Positions 1 to 9,817 of a stretch of 64,000 nt of DNA are shown here, in pieces. The first letter of the stretch is position 1. Each line of letters starts with the position of its first letter. The notes beneath the pieces were generated by a model. It did no database searches and was not told the DNA's origin. It saw nothing but the letters and a program-made list of their open reading frames with translations. The translations under genes were made by a program, and so were the position numbers. Source of the DNA: Bacilli bacterium (GTDB taxonomy: Bacteria > Bacillota_I > Bacilli_A > RFN20 > CAG-826). Location of the stretch: the NCBI GenBank assembly GCA_041669265.1, contig JBAYBM010000001.1, positions 73,819 to 137,818 of the forward strand. Reading direction: 5' to 3'.

Positions 1-1
1 A

Positions 2-484
2 GACAATTCCTTGGTTTCTACTGATGAAGATAGTGTTTATTATGCTAACGGAGATTCAAGTAAAATTGTAAATTATGCGATTGAAAAAAGTGAAGATTCC
101 TATCCAATTTTAGAAAAGAATTTAGAAAAAAATAGTAATACTTTTTTTATGAATATAGACTTAACTTTATTAAAAGAAAAAAATAATTCTTTTTCTGATT
201 TGATGTTTTATACTTATATATCTTTTAATTTTGAAACGACTTTAGACAGTATTTATAATTACCCACAAATTAGCGCTCGTTTTGAGGATGGCACGGTAAT
301 AAAAGATGCTTATATTCAAACTGAATCTACATTAAAACTTAAAGAAATAAAGTGTGGAACTCATACATCTTTAAATATGTTTTATGTAAGTATGCCTTCA
401 AATAGTAAAAGTGAAGTTTATTCGGCTAATGATTATTCACTAACTTTAAATAACACGAAAATTTATACATATGGTATTCAATAA
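2..484 (+). CDS. hypothetical protein, C-terminal fragment (gene probably starts upstream of the window)
   Basis: The frame is open from nt 2 (GAC AAT TCC TTG ...) to the TAA at 482-484. The protein is Asn/Ser/Tyr-rich with no motif I recognise. Confidence 0.5.
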   Translation, partial: DNSLVSTDEDSVYYANGDSSKIVNYAIEKSEDSYPILEKNLEKNSNTFFMNIDLTLLKEKNNSFSDLMFYTYISFNFETTLDSIYNYPQISARFEDGTVIKDAYIQTESTLKLKEIKCGTHTSLNMFYVSMPSNSKSEVYSANDYSLTLNNTKIYTYGIQ

Positions 485-497
485 GGAGAATTAATAT

Positions 498-1694
498 ATG
501 AAAGTAGAAGAAAGATTCTTAAAGTACATCGCAATTGATACGATGAGTTCGGAAACAAGCAATACTTTTCCAACAACTAAAACACAACTTGAGTTTGGTG
601 ACGTTTTAGTTAAAGATTTAAAAGATATTGGTGTTAGTGATGCAAAAAAAGATAAAGATGGCTATGTTTATGGTCATGTAAATATTGGCAAAGAAAAAAC
701 AATTGGTTTAATTGCTCACATGGATACAGCACCTGCTTTAGTTGGCGGTATTAAAAAGCCACAAATTGTTAAAAATTATGATGGCAAAATTATTAAACTT
801 AACGACAAATATGTTTTAGATCCAAAAAAGTTTTTATCATTAAATGAAGTAGTTGGTGATGATTTAATTGTTACTGATGGAGAACATTTATTAGGCGGAG
901 ACGATAAAGCTGGAGTAGCAATTATTTTTGCTTTTGCTGAATATTTAATTAACCATAAAGAAGAATTTAACTTTAATTTAGCAATATGTTTTACACCTGA
1001 TGAAGAAGTTGGATTGGGTGCTTCTCGTTTTAGTGTTAAAGAAATGAAAGCAGATGTTGGCTTCACTCTTGATGGTGAAAGTTGCTACCGTGCAAGTTAT
1101 GAAAACTTCAATGCTGCTAGTTGCGTTGTTGAAATAACTGGAGTAGGTGTTCATCCAGGAAGTGCTAAAGATATTATGGTTAATGCAGCTTTATTAGGAG
1201 TAGAATACGCTTCTAAACTTCCAAAAGATATGATTCCAGGAAAAACAGCTGGTTATGATGGCTTTATTCATCTTTGTTATTTTAATGGGGATGTTGAAAA
1301 CGCAAAACTTGAATATATTTTAAGAGATCACGATGTTGATTTACTTGAAAAGAAAAAAGAAATGATGCAAAAAGCTGCTGATGAAATTAAAAAAGAATAT
1401 CCATCTTCAACAATTAAAGTAACAATCAAAGATAGCTACAAAAATATGAGATATTATTTCTTAAAAGATCCAACCGCAATTAATATTATTAATAAAGCTT
1501 ATTTAGCTAGTAATATGAAACTTAGCTATGAACCTATTAGAGGTGGAACTGATGGGGCTACTATAACTTATATGGGTTTACCATGTCCAAATCTTGGGAC
1601 TGGTGATTTTAATCCACATGGTCGTTTTGAATTTGTTTCAATTAATATGATGTATAAAATGATTGAAATGTTAAAAAATATGTTTAAAGAATAA
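498..1694 (+). CDS. pepT: peptidase T (M20 family tripeptidase)
   Basis: 398 aa with M20 metal-ligand motifs IAHMDTAP, LLGGDDKAGVA and PDEEVG. An AAGGAG SD lies upstream of the ATG. Confidence 0.9.
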   Translation: MKVEERFLKYIAIDTMSSETSNTFPTTKTQLEFGDVLVKDLKDIGVSDAKKDKDGYVYGHVNIGKEKTIGLIAHMDTAPALVGGIKKPQIVKNYDGKIIKLNDKYVLDPKKFLSLNEVVGDDLIVTDGEHLLGGDDKAGVAIIFAFAEYLINHKEEFNFNLAICFTPDEEVGLGASRFSVKEMKADVGFTLDGESCYRASYENFNAASCVVEITGVGVHPGSAKDIMVNAALLGVEYASKLPKDMIPGKTAGYDGFIHLCYFNGDVENAKLEYILRDHDVDLLEKKKEMMQKAADEIKKEYPSSTIKVTIKDSYKNMRYYFLKDPTAINIINKAYLASNMKLSYEPIRGGTDGATITYMGLPCPNLGTGDFNPHGRFEFVSINMMYKMIEMLKNMFKE

Positions 1695-1703
1695 GGAGAA
1701 TGT

Positions 1704-2171
1704 ATGAATCAAATTACTTGGGATGAGTATTTCATGTGTATTGCTTTAATTACAGCAAAAAGAAGCAAAGATCCATCAAGTCAAGTCGGTGCTTGTATTG
1801 TTGATGATGAACATAAAGTAGTCTCTATTGGTTATAATGGTATGCCAAGAAATTTAAGAGATGAAGATTTATCTTGGAATAAAAACGAGGGGTTAGATAA
1901 TAAATATTTATATGTTTGTCATGCTGAATTTAATGCAATATTAAATGTTAGAAGTGGCAATTCTTTAAAGGGTTGTACTGTTTATGTTACATTATTTCCA
2001 TGTAACGAATGCACAAAAGCAATTATACAAGTTGGAATCAAAAAAATTGTATATTTAAGTGATAAATATAAGGATCAAATATCTACTCAAGCAAGTAAAA
2101 AAATGCTCGATTTAGCTGGAATTAAATATGAGCATTATGATGGAAGATATACAAGTATTGAATTAAAGTAA
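1704..2171 (+). CDS. comEB: dCMP deaminase (ComEB-type cytidine/deoxycytidylate deaminase)
   Basis: 155 aa with zinc motifs CHAEFNA and PCNECTK, and an SD AAGGAG. Confidence 0.85.
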   Translation: MNQITWDEYFMCIALITAKRSKDPSSQVGACIVDDEHKVVSIGYNGMPRNLRDEDLSWNKNEGLDNKYLYVCHAEFNAILNVRSGNSLKGCTVYVTLFPCNECTKAIIQVGIKKIVYLSDKYKDQISTQASKKMLDLAGIKYEHYDGRYTSIELK

Positions 2172-2176
2172 TTGCT

Positions 2177-3001
2177 ATGGCACCAATTTTAGAAGTTAAA
2201 CATTTATATTTCGGTTATGAGAAAAATAAAGATGTCCTCAAGGACATCAATTTTTCAATTGAAAAAGGTACATATGTTTCTTTAATTGGCCATAATGGAA
2301 GTGGAAAATCAACTTTAGCAAAACTGATTTGCTACCTACAAGAACCAAGAAGTGGTGAAATCTATTTGAATGGTGTTAAAGAAGAAGAGAAAATTTGCTC
2401 AACAATAAGGAGAACTATTGGTATAGTATTTCAAAATCCCGATAATCAATTTATTGGTGCAACAGTTGAAGATGATATTGCATTTGGGCTCGAAAATAGA
2501 GCTATTGAACGAAACAAAATGCAAAAGTTAGTGAAAGAATATTCTAAAAAAGTTGGTATGAAAAAGTTTTTGGATAAAGAACCAAGTCAAATTAGTGGAG
2601 GTCAAAAACAAAGAGTTGCTATTGCTGGGATTTTAGCTTTGGGTTTAAAACTAATAGTATTTGACGAAGCTACATCAATGCTTGATCCAGAGGGTGTTGA
2701 AGAAATTAGAAAGTTAATTTTTGAGATGAAAAAAGAAGATCCTGAACTAACTTTTATTTCTATTACCCACGATATTCAAGAAGCTTATCAAAGTGATAGG
2801 GTTATTATTTTAAATAAGGGCGAAATTTTTAAAGATGGTGAGCCATTAGATGTTTTTAAGAACGAAGAAGAAATTGAAAGCATTGGTTTAGATATTCCAT
2901 TTGCTTTAAAAGTTAAAAATAGATTAATTAAAGAAGGCGTTAAAGTACCATCAAATGTAAAATCTATTGATGATTTAGCGGAGTTTGTATGTCACAAATA
3001 G
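2177..3001 (+). CDS. ecfA1: ECF transporter ATPase subunit EcfA1
   Basis: Walker A GHNGSGKST, signature SGGQKQR and Walker B LIVFDEATS. It sits in the conserved ecfA-ecfA'-ecfT-truA order. Confidence 0.9.
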   Translation: MAPILEVKHLYFGYEKNKDVLKDINFSIEKGTYVSLIGHNGSGKSTLAKLICYLQEPRSGEIYLNGVKEEEKICSTIRRTIGIVFQNPDNQFIGATVEDDIAFGLENRAIERNKMQKLVKEYSKKVGMKKFLDKEPSQISGGQKQRVAIAGILALGLKLIVFDEATSMLDPEGVEEIRKLIFEMKKEDPELTFISITHDIQEAYQSDRVIILNKGEIFKDGEPLDVFKNEEEIESIGLDIPFALKVKNRLIKEGVKVPSNVKSIDDLAEFVCHK

Positions 3002-3852
3002 AAATAAAAAATGTTTCATACATTTATAACTTAAAAGACAAGAATCGTGTTAAAGCATTAGATAACGTTTCTTTTAATATTGAAAAAGGCGAATTTTTAG
3101 CAATTGTTGGTAAAACTGGTAGTGGCAAATCTACTTTAGTTCAAACATTTAATGGACTTGTTTTTCCAACAACTGGCGAAATTAAAATTGATGATTTTAT
3201 AGTTTGCTCGGATAAAAAGAAAAGATCAAAAAAATTATTTTTATTAAGAAAAAAAGTTGGAATTGTTTTTCAATTTCCTGAATATCAATTATTTGAAGAT
3301 AATGTTTTAAAGGATGTTATGTTTGGCCCAAAAAACTTTGGAGCAACTGAAGAAGATGCAAGAGAACTTGCAAAAAAAGCACTAAATGATGTAGGTATTT
3401 CTTCTGATTATTATAGCAAATCCCCTTTTGAATTAAGTGGAGGAGAAAAGAGGAGAATTGCAATCGCTGGAATTCTTGCAAGTAATCCAGAAATTTTAGT
3501 ATTAGATGAACCAACCGCTGGGTTAGACCCATCTGGAAAAGAAGAAATAATGAACCTTGTTAAAAATCTTCATGGCACTGGGAAAACGATTATTTTGGTT
3601 ACTCACGATATGGATGTTGTCATGAAATATGCTAATAAGGTTGCTGTATTGAATGATTCAAAAGTTATTAAAATAACAACTCCAGAAAAGCTTTTTAATG
3701 AAAAAGATGTTGAAAAATATTCTTTGGAAATTCCAATCTTTTATAAATTTAAGAAATTATTAAAGGAGAAGGGATTTGCTGGAGATTTAGAAAAAATAAA
3801 TGATTTTAGTGAGCTTATGAGCATTATTTTGAAGGAGGTCAAGAATGGATAA
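2989..3852 (+). CDS. ecfA2: ECF transporter ATPase subunit EcfA2
   Basis: Walker A GKTGSGKST, signature SGGEKRR and Walker B ILVLDEPTAGLD. It overlaps ecfA1 by 13 nt. Confidence 0.9.
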   Translation: MSQIEIKNVSYIYNLKDKNRVKALDNVSFNIEKGEFLAIVGKTGSGKSTLVQTFNGLVFPTTGEIKIDDFIVCSDKKKRSKKLFLLRKKVGIVFQFPEYQLFEDNVLKDVMFGPKNFGATEEDARELAKKALNDVGISSDYYSKSPFELSGGEKRRIAIAGILASNPEILVLDEPTAGLDPSGKEEIMNLVKNLHGTGKTIILVTHDMDVVMKYANKVAVLNDSKVIKITTPEKLFNEKDVEKYSLEIPIFYKFKKLLKEKGFAGDLEKINDFSELMSIILKEVKNG

Positions 3853-4720
3853 AATTTTTGGAAAATATACACCATTTAACACCCCAATTCATAAATTAGA
3901 TCCTCGTTTAAAATTATTTGGATTACTTTGCTTAATGGTTTGCTGTTTTTTGGATTATGGAAATTTTGCAAACACATTTGCTGTTTTAGGATGTTTGTTT
4001 GTATTTATCTTAATAATTATGATAATGGGGAAAATAAGTTTCTTTTCTTTTTTAAAAAGCTTAAAAGCTTTGTGGATAATGATGATTTTTCTTATTTTGA
4101 TAAATTGTTTTATACCTTATGATGATTTTACTCATCCTATGATAGTGTTTTCAAACGGTTATACTATTTATTGGGAAAGCCTTCTAAATGCTCTAAGAGT
4201 TATGTTTAGAATTTTAATGATGATTGCTTTAACATTTATTTTAACTTCTACCACTCCAGCAATGGATATAACTTCATCATTTGAATGGTATTTGACCCCT
4301 CTTAAAATATTCAAATTTCCAACTCAAGTAATTTCTATGACTACTTCATTAGCCTTAAGATTTATTCCTACTTTACTTGAAGAATCACAAAGAATTATGC
4401 GAGCTCAAAAAAGTAGAGGTGTTGATTATAATAAAGGATTTATAATTAGTAAAATAAAATCTGTTACTACCCTAATTGTCCCTTTACTAGTTTCTTGCTT
4501 TTCTAGAAGTGATGAATTAGCTCTTGCAATGGATGCAAGAGGATATGATCCATACGCTAAAAGAACGAGATATCGTATTTTAAGATTCACTTTATGGGAT
4601 TTATTTTCAATTATCATGTTATTATTAGTTACTGCATTTTTTATATATTTATGTGTTCTTGAAAATGTTTATGGTGTTAATTTTATTGAATTTTTATTTG
4701 AAATAACAGGTACATTTTAA
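3845..4720 (+). CDS. ecfT: ECF transporter transmembrane subunit EcfT
   Basis: 291-aa polytopic membrane protein with the EcfT coupling-helix region (RAQKSRG, ALAMDARGY). It overlaps ecfA2 by 8 nt. Confidence 0.88.
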   Translation: MDKIFGKYTPFNTPIHKLDPRLKLFGLLCLMVCCFLDYGNFANTFAVLGCLFVFILIIMIMGKISFFSFLKSLKALWIMMIFLILINCFIPYDDFTHPMIVFSNGYTIYWESLLNALRVMFRILMMIALTFILTSTTPAMDITSSFEWYLTPLKIFKFPTQVISMTTSLALRFIPTLLEESQRIMRAQKSRGVDYNKGFIISKIKSVTTLIVPLLVSCFSRSDELALAMDARGYDPYAKRTRYRILRFTLWDLFSIIMLLLVTAFFIYLCVLENVYGVNFIEFLFEITGTF

Positions 4721-5445
4721 TGAAATATAAAATTACTTTTTCCTATGATGGAACAAATTATTATGGTTATGAAATTCAACCTAAAGTAATCTCAATTCAA
4801 GAAACACTAGAAAAAGAAATTTCAGTTATTTTAAATGAAAAAATTAGAATTTATTCAAGCGGGAGAACCGATAGAGGTGTGCATGCTTTTGAACAGGTTG
4901 CAACTTTTGATACTAACAAAGGTTTTCTAATTTCGAAATTTTTAGTATCAATTAACAAGTTACTTCCTAAAGATATATGTGTTAAAAGTGTTGAGTCAGT
5001 AGATGATGATTTTGATGCAAGATTTTCATCTAAATATAAAATTTATCAATATTATATTAATACAGTTTCTTACGATGTTTTTCGAAGAAATTATGAAGTA
5101 TTTATTCCTAATCTTGATATAGAAAAAATGAAGGAAGTTTCGAATATTTTTGTAGGCAAACATTGTTTTAAAAATTATTGTTCAAAACCAATAGATAAAG
5201 AAGATTTTATTAGAGAGATTTCATATATCCATTTTATTGAAAATAGTGGCACTGTAATAATTGAATTTAAAGGTAGTGGTTTTATGACTTATATGGTCAG
5301 AAAAATAGTTGGGTCATTAATTGAAGTTGGTAAAGGTAAAATGGATAAAGAAGATTTGTTAAAATATCTAGAAAACAGCAAAAGAGATATTATGCCTTTT
5401 ACTGCTGAATCTAAGGGTTTATTTTTAAAAAAAGTGGGTTATTAA
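4720..5445 (+). CDS. truA: tRNA pseudouridine(38-40) synthase TruA
   Basis: 241 aa with the catalytic motif GRTDRGVHA. It forms a TAATG junction with ecfT in the conserved position after the ecf genes. Confidence 0.9.
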   Translation: MKYKITFSYDGTNYYGYEIQPKVISIQETLEKEISVILNEKIRIYSSGRTDRGVHAFEQVATFDTNKGFLISKFLVSINKLLPKDICVKSVESVDDDFDARFSSKYKIYQYYINTVSYDVFRRNYEVFIPNLDIEKMKEVSNIFVGKHCFKNYCSKPIDKEDFIREISYIHFIENSGTVIIEFKGSGFMTYMVRKIVGSLIEVGKGKMDKEDLLKYLENSKRDIMPFTAESKGLFLKKVGY

Positions 5446-5541
5446 GTAAAAATATTAAAGAAATTAATTAATTCTAATTAATTAGGAATAGTATTTTGAA
5501 AGTCATAGTAGTAAAATTAAAAAGCGTAAGGAGAGTTTTTT

Positions 5542-6246
5542 ATGGGAAGACATTTTGAAGTTAGAGCCGCCTCAATGGCTGCATCTGCAAAACAAAAGAG
5601 TGCAGTATACATGCGTGCAAGTAAAGAAATTTACATGGCAGCAAAGAGAGGTACCCCTGACCCAGACAGTAACTTGGCCTTAAGAAGTGCTATTGAAAAA
5701 TATAGAAAATCTTGTCCAAAGGATGTCATTGAAAGAGCTATTAAGAAAGCCCAAGGTGGCGATCAAACGAACTATATTGAAGGTCGTTATGAAGCTTTTG
5801 GTCCAGGTGGAAGTTATTTAATTATTGATACATTAACTGATAATACGAATCGTGCTTTAGTTAATGTTAGAACTGCTATTACTAGAAAAGGCGGTCATTT
5901 AGGTAGTGTTATTTTTAATTTTCAACAAGTTGGTTTATTGGATTTTGATTATGATGGAACAGAGGAATCTCTAGAAGAAGCATTAGTTCTTGGAGATGTT
6001 GATGTTCATGAAATTTCATTAGAAGATAAGAAAGCTGAAGTTGTTGTTTCACCAAGCGATTTAGATAAAGCAAAAGAAGTATTAACTAGTGCTGGTGTTA
6101 AAGATTATGATTATGCTGAAGTTACTATGTTAGCTAATGATAAGATTGATTTATCTAATGATGACAAAGAGAAGTTCCAAAATTTATTAGATGCATTAGA
6201 TGATCTTGAAGATGTTCAAAACGTATATCATAACGTTAATTTATAA
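5542..6246 (+). CDS. yebC: YebC/PmpR family DNA-binding regulator
   Basis: 234 aa. The N-terminus MGRHFEVRAASMAASAKQKSAVY and the overall pattern are typical of the YebC family. The SD is AAGGAG. Confidence 0.88.
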   Translation: MGRHFEVRAASMAASAKQKSAVYMRASKEIYMAAKRGTPDPDSNLALRSAIEKYRKSCPKDVIERAIKKAQGGDQTNYIEGRYEAFGPGGSYLIIDTLTDNTNRALVNVRTAITRKGGHLGSVIFNFQQVGLLDFDYDGTEESLEEALVLGDVDVHEISLEDKKAEVVVSPSDLDKAKEVLTSAGVKDYDYAEVTMLANDKIDLSNDDKEKFQNLLDALDDLEDVQNVYHNVNL

Positions 6247-6257
6247 TTAAAATAATT

Positions 6258-6286
6258 AATCCGTGCGTCAAAAGCATGGATTTTTT
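6258..6286 (+). terminator. intrinsic terminator after yebC
   Basis: Stem AATCCGTGC / GCATGGATT (one G-U pair), a 7-nt loop and a T6 run. Confidence 0.7.
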
Positions 6287-6306
6287 GACATTAAGAGGTT
6301 TATAAA

Positions 6307-7185
6307 ATGGAAAATACTGTAAAATTTGCTGTTATACCATGTGCTGGAAGAGGCACAAGGTTTCTACCAGTTAGTAAAGGTTGTGCTAAAGAAATGCTTA
6401 ATATTGTTGATAAACCAACACTTGACTATATTGTTAATGAACTAGTCGATTCAGGAATTACTGATATTGTTTTTATTGTTTCTGAAGGTAAAGATGAAAT
6501 TAAAAAATATTATAGTAGAGACGTTTCATATGAAAACGAACTCATAAAAGCTGGCAAAAAAGAATATGCTGATATGATTATGAAAATTAGTGAAAAAGCA
6601 AATTTTCATTATGTTAACCAAAAAGAATTGCTTGGTTTAGGTCATGCTGTTTTACAAGCTAAAGAAGTTATTGGGAAAAATGATTTTGTTGTTTGCTGTG
6701 GTGATGATATTGTTACGTATAAAGGTGAAGCTCCAACTAGACAATTAATAAATGCATTTTTAAAAGCTGATCATCATACAATTGTTGGAGGACAAAAAGT
6801 TGCTCCAGAGATGATTTGTAAATATGGTAGCATGGATATTAAAAAGGATATTGATGGGAAATTATTTGAGCTTAAAGGCGAAGTGGAAAAGCCAAAAATG
6901 GAAGAAGCTCCAAGTTTTTATGCTTCATTAGGTAAATGGGTTTTTAACTATCATATTTTTGATGCTTTGGAAAGCACACCTAAAGGAAAAGGCGGAGAAA
7001 TCCAACTTACTGATGCTATTAGTTTATTGATGAAAACTGAAAAAGTATATTTTTATGATTTTGTCGGAAAAAGGTATGATTGTGGTGATAAATTAGGTTT
7101 TGTTGAAGCCGTTATTGACATTGCTCTAAATAGAGAAGATATTGGTGAACAAGTCAAAGAACATATAAAAAGTCTTAAGTTATAA
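6307..7185 (+). CDS. galU: UTP--glucose-1-phosphate uridylyltransferase
   Basis: 292 aa with the N-terminal nucleotidyltransferase motif IPCAGRGTRFLP and the GalU-type LGHAV motif. Confidence 0.88.
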   Translation: MENTVKFAVIPCAGRGTRFLPVSKGCAKEMLNIVDKPTLDYIVNELVDSGITDIVFIVSEGKDEIKKYYSRDVSYENELIKAGKKEYADMIMKISEKANFHYVNQKELLGLGHAVLQAKEVIGKNDFVVCCGDDIVTYKGEAPTRQLINAFLKADHHTIVGGQKVAPEMICKYGSMDIKKDIDGKLFELKGEVEKPKMEEAPSFYASLGKWVFNYHIFDALESTPKGKGGEIQLTDAISLLMKTEKVYFYDFVGKRYDCGDKLGFVEAVIDIALNREDIGEQVKEHIKSLKL

Positions 7186-7188
7186 ATT

Positions 7189-7719
7189 ATGATTAATTAT
7201 TCTTATGGAAATATTGCCTTTTTAGATGGTGTTTGTGATCTTTTAAAAGAAGTTAAAAAGAAATTTAAAATCGATAAGAAAAATATATATCAAACTGATG
7301 ATTATCCAAACAAGGATATTTTTAAAAGTGATTTAATTTCTAATAAGCATTCTATTGTTGCATTAGATGGAAATAAGGTTGTTGGTTTTATTTGTTTTGA
7401 AGATGATTTTTTAGATTATGATTTTGTTTCTTTAGAAGATAAAGATAATTTTATAAAAACCACAAATCTTCCTTTAACTAATACAAATAGCGTGTCTTTT
7501 TCTCGTTTAATGGTTGATCCTAAATATCATAAACAAGGTATTGGAAGTAATCTATTTAAGAAACTAGAGAACGAAATTCATGGTAAATATAATGTTATTA
7601 TGATTAATCCAGAAAATAATAATGTTTTAAAATTATATAAGGATTTAGGGTATAAAGATTGCTCAAGTTATAAATTTGTATTTGGTTTCTTTTATCTTAT
7701 GTATAAATACATAGAGTAA
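7189..7719 (+). CDS. GNAT family N-acetyltransferase
   Basis: 176 aa with an acetyl-CoA binding-type motif (VDPKYHKQGIGSNLFKKLE). The substrate is unknown. Confidence 0.65.
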   Translation: MINYSYGNIAFLDGVCDLLKEVKKKFKIDKKNIYQTDDYPNKDIFKSDLISNKHSIVALDGNKVVGFICFEDDFLDYDFVSLEDKDNFIKTTNLPLTNTNSVSFSRLMVDPKYHKQGIGSNLFKKLENEIHGKYNVIMINPENNNVLKLYKDLGYKDCSSYKFVFGFFYLMYKYIE

Positions 7720-7763
7720 AATAGTTGAATAATTTTTTAGTTTTGGTGTATATTAACTATAGC

Positions 7764-7920
7764 GTTTATCTAGAACTGTAAAAACAGGTGAAAAATTACA
7801 GTAGCAACTCTAAAACAAAATTAGTAAGTGCTTCCTATAGCAAAGTTACCACACTTTGAACGATAAATGATTGAAAGCGATTTTAAAGCCTTTCACAAAA
7901 AGTGGAAGGCTTTTATTTTA
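7764..7920 (+). promoter_or_regulatory. SAM-I-like riboswitch (aptamer 7764-7868) with terminator hairpin (7885-7920) upstream of metK
   Basis: P1 is GTTTATC / GATAAAT, P2 is ACTGTAA / TTACAGT and P4 is CAAAGT / ACTTTG. The junction strings TATC-AGA, AGCAAC and GTGCTTCC resemble the conserved SAM-I junctions. It is followed by AAGCCTTTCAC-AAAAA-GTGGAAGGCTT plus a T-run, directly 5' of metK. Confidence 0.55.
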
Positions 7921-7937
7921 TGTTTAAGGAGTTTAGT

Positions 7938-9107
7938 ATGGCAAATGAAGTTTTAATTACAAGTGAATCTGTTAGTGAAGGACATCCTGATAAGGTTTGT
8001 GATCAAATAGCTGATGCTATTTTAGATGCTGTTTTAAAAGAAGATAATGATAGTTTTGTTGCATGTGAGTGTTTTGCAACTGAAAATTTTTTACTTATTG
8101 GTGGAGAAATTACCACTAAAGCTCATGTCAATTATGATCATATTGCTAGAAAAGTTATTAAAGATATTGGTTATGACAAAGATGAATATGGCTTTAATTA
8201 TAAGAATGTAATTATTTTAAACAAGATTAAGGAGCAATCTCCTGATATTCGTCAAGGCGTTGAAAGAGGAGATATTTTATCACAAGGGGCAGGAGATCAA
8301 GGAATGATGTATGGTTATGCATCAAATGAATCTAGTGGATATATGCCTTTACCTGTAACTATTGCACATAAATTAGTTCGTTTAGCATCTAAACTTAGAA
8401 AAGAACATAAATTTAAATATAGTAGACCAGATATGAAAAGCAGTGTTACTGTAGATTATTCTGATCCAAATAAACCTAAGATTCACACTATTTTAATGTC
8501 ATGTCAACATGATGAAAACTATAATGAAAAAGAATTTAAAGATTTCATTAAAAATCAAATAATGATACCTGTAGCCGAATCTTTTGGGATGAATACAGAT
8601 TTTAATATTTTAATTAATCCAACAGGAAAATTTGTAATTGGTGGTCCTAAAGGTGATACTGGTTTAACTGGAAGGAAAATTATTGTTGATACATATGGCG
8701 GAGCAGGTAGACATGGAGGCGGAAGTTTTAGTGGAAAAGACCCTTCAAAAGTAGATAGAACCGGAGCTTATATGGCTCGATATATAGCAAAAAATTTGGT
8801 TGCAGCAGGAGTAGCAGATCGTTTAGAAGTCCAATTAGCCTATGCAATTGGAAAAGCTGAACCATTATCTATAAATGTTTCTACATTTAAAACTAGTAAG
8901 ATTAGTGATGAAGAGATTTATGATATTATAAATAAATTCTTTGATTGCAGACCTGGAGCTATTATCAAAAATTTCAATTTGTTAAAACATCCAACATTTA
9001 AATATAAAGATTTATCTAATTATGGTCATTTTGGAAGACCTGATTTAGACTTACCTTGGGAAAAATTAGATAAAGTTGATGCCATTAAAAAGTATTTAGA
9101 AAAATAG
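7938..9107 (+). CDS. metK: S-adenosylmethionine synthase
   Basis: Motifs GHPDKVCDQI, GAGDQGMMYGYA and GGGSFSGKDPSKVDR. The start is set at ATG 7938 (SD AAGGAG at 7926-7931). The track start at 7902 lies inside the leader terminator. Confidence 0.93.
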   Translation: MANEVLITSESVSEGHPDKVCDQIADAILDAVLKEDNDSFVACECFATENFLLIGGEITTKAHVNYDHIARKVIKDIGYDKDEYGFNYKNVIILNKIKEQSPDIRQGVERGDILSQGAGDQGMMYGYASNESSGYMPLPVTIAHKLVRLASKLRKEHKFKYSRPDMKSSVTVDYSDPNKPKIHTILMSCQHDENYNEKEFKDFIKNQIMIPVAESFGMNTDFNILINPTGKFVIGGPKGDTGLTGRKIIVDTYGGAGRHGGGSFSGKDPSKVDRTGAYMARYIAKNLVAAGVADRLEVQLAYAIGKAEPLSINVSTFKTSKISDEEIYDIINKFFDCRPGAIIKNFNLLKHPTFKYKDLSNYGHFGRPDLDLPWEKLDKVDAIKKYLEK

Positions 9108-9214
9108 TAGTTTTATTAAAAATGATGTATTAACCTCTATGAAAAAAAATCTTTTTTGCTATAATATAAGTAGAAAGATGTTAAGACGTTCGATGTACAT
9201 AGGAGGTATAATTT

Positions 9215-9769
9215 ATGAAATTTCAAATTGTTGGTAAAAATATTGAAATTACTGACGCTATTTCGAATGTCATCAAGAAAAAACTTACTCGTATGAATAA
9301 GTATTTTGATGAAAATGACGATATTTTATGTCGTGCTGTTTGTTCCGCATATAATCATGGAACAAAAGTTGAAGTCACAATTTTTACAAAATTTATGACT
9401 TTCAGAGCAGAGGTTAAGGATCCTGATTTATATGCTGCAGTCGATTTTGCAATAGATAAATTAGAAGGCCAAATGAGAAAACTAAAAACTCAAATGGAAA
9501 AACGTTATGGTCATGAAGGCTTGGGTAAATCAATTATTTATGAAAATATTAAAGATCAAGATGATGAATTAGAAAACGCTGAAATTGTCAGAACAAAATC
9601 ATATGATTTAGAGCCAATGTCTATGGAAGATGCAATTACTCATATGGAAGCTCTGGACCATACATTCTTCTTATATTTAGATAATGATGATGAAAGAATC
9701 AGTGTTGTTTATAAAAGAAATGATGGTGGTTATGGCTTAATTCAAGCCGAAAATAAAGTTGAAATGTAA
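9215..9769 (+). CDS. hpf: ribosome hibernation promoting factor (long HPF)
   Basis: 184 aa with an N-terminal sigma-54-modulation/RaiA fold pattern (ITDAISNVIKKKL) and the C-terminal dimerisation domain of long HPFs. The SD is AGGAGG. Confidence 0.85.
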   Translation: MKFQIVGKNIEITDAISNVIKKKLTRMNKYFDENDDILCRAVCSAYNHGTKVEVTIFTKFMTFRAEVKDPDLYAAVDFAIDKLEGQMRKLKTQMEKRYGHEGLGKSIIYENIKDQDDELENAEIVRTKSYDLEPMSMEDAITHMEALDHTFFLYLDNDDERISVVYKRNDGGYGLIQAENKVEM

Positions 9770-9791
9770 AATAAAATCAATTAATATAAGA

Positions 9792-9817
9792 CTTACACTT
9801 AAGGTGTAAGTTTTTTT
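9792..9817 (+). terminator. intrinsic terminator after hpf
   Basis: Stem CTTACAC / GTGTAAG, loop TTAAG and a T7 run that ends at the next start codon. Confidence 0.65.

Noticed and set aside
7902-7937. N-terminal extension of metK (MEGFYFMFKEFS...) given by the track
   Set aside because: These codons lie inside the riboswitch terminator hairpin and T-run. ATG 7938 has an AAGGAG SD and gives the canonical MetK N-terminus.
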